Origin: Chiloscyllium plagiosum
Taxonomy: Eukaryota
Assembly: GCF_004010195.1 (NCBI RefSeq)
Contig: NC_057721.1
Span: 44,719,240 to 44,783,239 of the forward strand
Reading direction: 5' to 3'
Length of the DNA stretch: 64,000 nucleotides
The position numbers were made by a program, and so were the translations under genes. Below the pieces are notes generated by a model. It saw only the letters and a list, made by a program, of their open reading frames with translations. It ran no database searches and had not been told where the DNA came from. This document shows, one piece after another, positions 60,990-64,000 of this stretch; within the stretch, counting starts at the first letter, position 1, and every line of letters starts with the position of its first letter.

Positions 60990-63750
60990 GTATGATCTGT
61001 TTGCCATTATCGAGACATCTTTACAAGGAGATCAAAACTGTGAACTAGATATTCAGGGGTGCATAAATTTTCAAAAGCACAAGCATGAAGGAAACAGTGT
61101 TGAGGTAGCATTGTTGAAGAAAGGGATAAGTATGATAGGAAGACACAATCCTGTATGGGAAGATGTAGAATCCATATGGGTGGCAATAAGAAATAAAAAT
61201 GGGGTGATAAGGGCACCATAGGCCCAGCAGGCCATAGGGCAGACAGATTGAGAAGGAGAGTCTGTCACAGTAACCTCAGTTAGTGCAGGAATTTAACTCA
61301 CACACATCCAGATCACCAGTTGTCCAGCTAATTGAGCTAACCAAATCCCAGTAAAAAGGAGGAAGAAGATTATGGTAGAAGTAGTCTGCAGGTGCCTGTC
61401 TAACAGCAACTAAACAGTGGGAGAGAAAATAAATCAGAAGATACTGAAAACACATAAGAAAGGCAGCATCTTAACCATGGGTGACTTCAATCTTCATGTA
61501 CATATGAATTGTCAGATAAGCAGAGATAGCCACGAGGAAGAATTTATAGTGTGTATTCTGGACAGTCCTCTAAAATAATATGTTGTGTATTCAACTGGTG
61601 ATGTATAATGTGGCCAATAAATGATGTCAGAGTAAAAGCTGCCAGAAACAGTGAAACATGGTAGAATTCAGCATTCAGTTTGAGAGGGAGGAACATGGGT
61701 CAGAAACAACTGCACTGAGCTTAAATGAAGGCAATTACAAAGGAATAAGGGCAGAGGATGGCTGCAATGTAGTGGGAAAAGAGTTTAGCAGCAAAGACGA
61801 ATGAGGAACATTGGCAGATATACAATAAAAGAGTTAATGGCTTACAGCAAAGACAAACCTCACTGAGCAAGAAGGAATCTAGGAGGGGGTAAGCTAACCA
61901 TGGTTAACCTGAGAAGTTAAGAATAGCATCAAATTGAAGTAAATGACATACACTTTGGTGAAGATTAGTGGAAGGCCAAAGGATTGGGTACGTTTTAAAA
62001 ACCAACAAAAGAATTCTAAAAAGATGCTAAACATGGAGAAAATAGACTTTGAGGGGAAACTTGCAGCTAGACAAATAGCAAAAGGTTTATTAAATGTATA
62101 TAAAGTAATCGAAAAGTCAAAGTGAACATTGGCCCCTTTGAGACTGAAGCTGTGAAAATAATAATCTTTGAATTCCTACAGTGTGGAGGCACGCCATTCA
62201 GCTCATTGAGTCCACCCCCACCCTCCAAATACCAACTCATCCAGACCCAGCCCATCCCTCTAACGCTGCATTTTCCATGGCTAATCCATCTAATCTATAC
62301 ATCCCTGAACACGATGGCCAATTTAGCATGGCCAATCAACCTAACATGCATATCATTGGACTTGGGGAGGAAATCAGTGCACCCAGAAGAAACCCAAGCA
62401 GGCACAAGGAGAATGTGCAGACTCCACACAGACAGTTGTCTGAAGGTGGAACCAAACCTGGGTCCTCGACACTATGAGGCAGCAGTGCTAACCACAGAGC
62501 CATCGTGGGGCCCAAAGGGGAATAAGAAATTGACACAGGACTTGAGTTAACACTTTGAATCAATCTTCAAATTGGAAGACACTATTTGTTTTCCAAAATT
62601 ATTAAATATTCAAGGGGCAAAACGAAGAGAGGAAATAAATATAATAATTATTACTAAAGAACTAAAGTGTGATAAATCCCCAGAAACAGATGGGATGCAT
62701 CCTAAGATAGTAAAGGAAAGAGCTATAGAGGTAGGGGATGCACTGGTCATAATCTTCCAGGAATTCTTAGATTCTTTAAAATCCCAGAGTACTGGAAAAC
62801 TGCCAACATAACACTTTTATTTAAACAGGGAAGGTAGTTAGAAAAAAAGGCAGCTGGAGGCCAGTTAAATTCATGTCTGTTATTGGGGAAATGTGATGAA
62901 GAATGTAATAAGAAAGTATTTATAAATATGTAACATCATCAAGCAGAGTCATCAGGGCTTCATGAGGGAAAATCCATTCCTGACAAATTTACTTGAATTG
63001 TTTGATGAGATAACAAGCCTGTTAGATAAAGGGGGAAGCAATGCATGTAATGTATTTAGATTTTCAGAAGAAGTTTGATAAAGTACCAAACATTTGGCTA
63101 CTTCATAAGAGCCCATGGTGTTGGAGGTAGTACATTAACATGGATACAAGGCTGAGAGTTGGCAGAAAGTGAAGTCATTTTCAAGGAGGCAACCTGTGAT
63201 TGGTGGTGTGCCACAAGGATCATTACTGCGGTCACAATTATTTACAATATTTAATAATGACTTGGATGAGGTAAGTGAATGTTTGATAGTCAAGTTTGTG
63301 CATGACACAAAAGAAAGTGGGAAGGAAGTGTTGTGGATACTTGTGGGTTTTAAGAAAGCATTTGAGAAGTGACAACACATTAGGCTACCTAATATGGTGT
63401 TCACGTAAGCATGTTTGTAATATACAGAGGACTGACTAATAGAAGACAAAAAATTGTGATAAGAAGGTCCTTAACTTGTAACTAGTGGAGTGCCATGGGA
63501 TTAGCGATGGAGCCACAGGTAATTACAAAATATATTAATAACTTGGATGAGAAGTGAATGCACTTTAGCCAAATTTGTGGATGACACAAAAATAAATGGA
63601 AAGACAAGTGGTGAGGATGAGACAAAAAGTCTACAGAGGGTTATGGACAGGCTAGGCCAAAGGGAAAAGTTGGCACATGGAAAATAAAGTGGAAAAATAT
63701 GAGGTTATGCACATTATCAGGAAGCTGAACATTATTCACATGTAAAAAGA
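60990..63750 (+). mobile_element. Degraded CR1 ORF2 (endonuclease to RT) with nested insertions
   Basis: YDLFAIIET, VESIWVAIRN, MGDFN, DKSPETDGMHPKIVKE, GVPQGSLL, KFVDDTK. Confidence 0.8.
62170..62513 (-). mobile_element. HE1-like V-SINE, diverged
   Basis: V core and tRNA head on the minus strand. Confidence 0.8.
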
Positions 63751-64000
63751 CTAAAAGCTACAGGACAGGGGAAAGAAAGGTCACTGGACACCAAACTCTG
63801 ATTTCTCTCCACAGGTGGTGCTAGACCTGCTGAGATGTCCCAGCAATTTCTGTTTTGTTTCAGATTTCCAGCATTCAGAGTTCTTTTTTTGTTGAGAAAT
63901 ATACTGGCACTGCAGGCAGTCTAGAGAAGGTTCACTGAACTGTTGCTGCTTATTAGCTTATGCTGCTAATTAGGCCAAGGCTGTACTTATTTGAATATAG

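Overview
Vertebrate genomic DNA, almost certainly a shark or other elasmobranch (HE1-type V-SINEs, CR1 LINEs, Penelope-like elements), with N gaps at 42762-43067 and 50213-50712. The main gene is a complete six-coding-exon TRIM45 on the + strand (3850-31052, 1698 nt CDS, 565 aa: RING, two B-boxes, coiled coil, filamin repeat, Cys/His-rich tail), reconstructed by hand with consistent splice phases. About 10.5 kb downstream is an unannotated immunoglobulin-superfamily gene. It has a leader exon (41517-41553) and an intact germline-joined V-J-type exon (41670-42020) that resembles NKp30/NCR3, preceded by ETS-IRF, CRE and RUNX motifs; its downstream exons were not found. The rest is mostly nested retroelements. 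At least five Penelope-like element (PLE) families carry a minimal type-I hammerhead ribozyme motif whose stems co-vary between families, and many short or fold-back, TSD-flanked insertions end at that motif. All calls come from reading the sequence and recalled family motifs; no searches were run.
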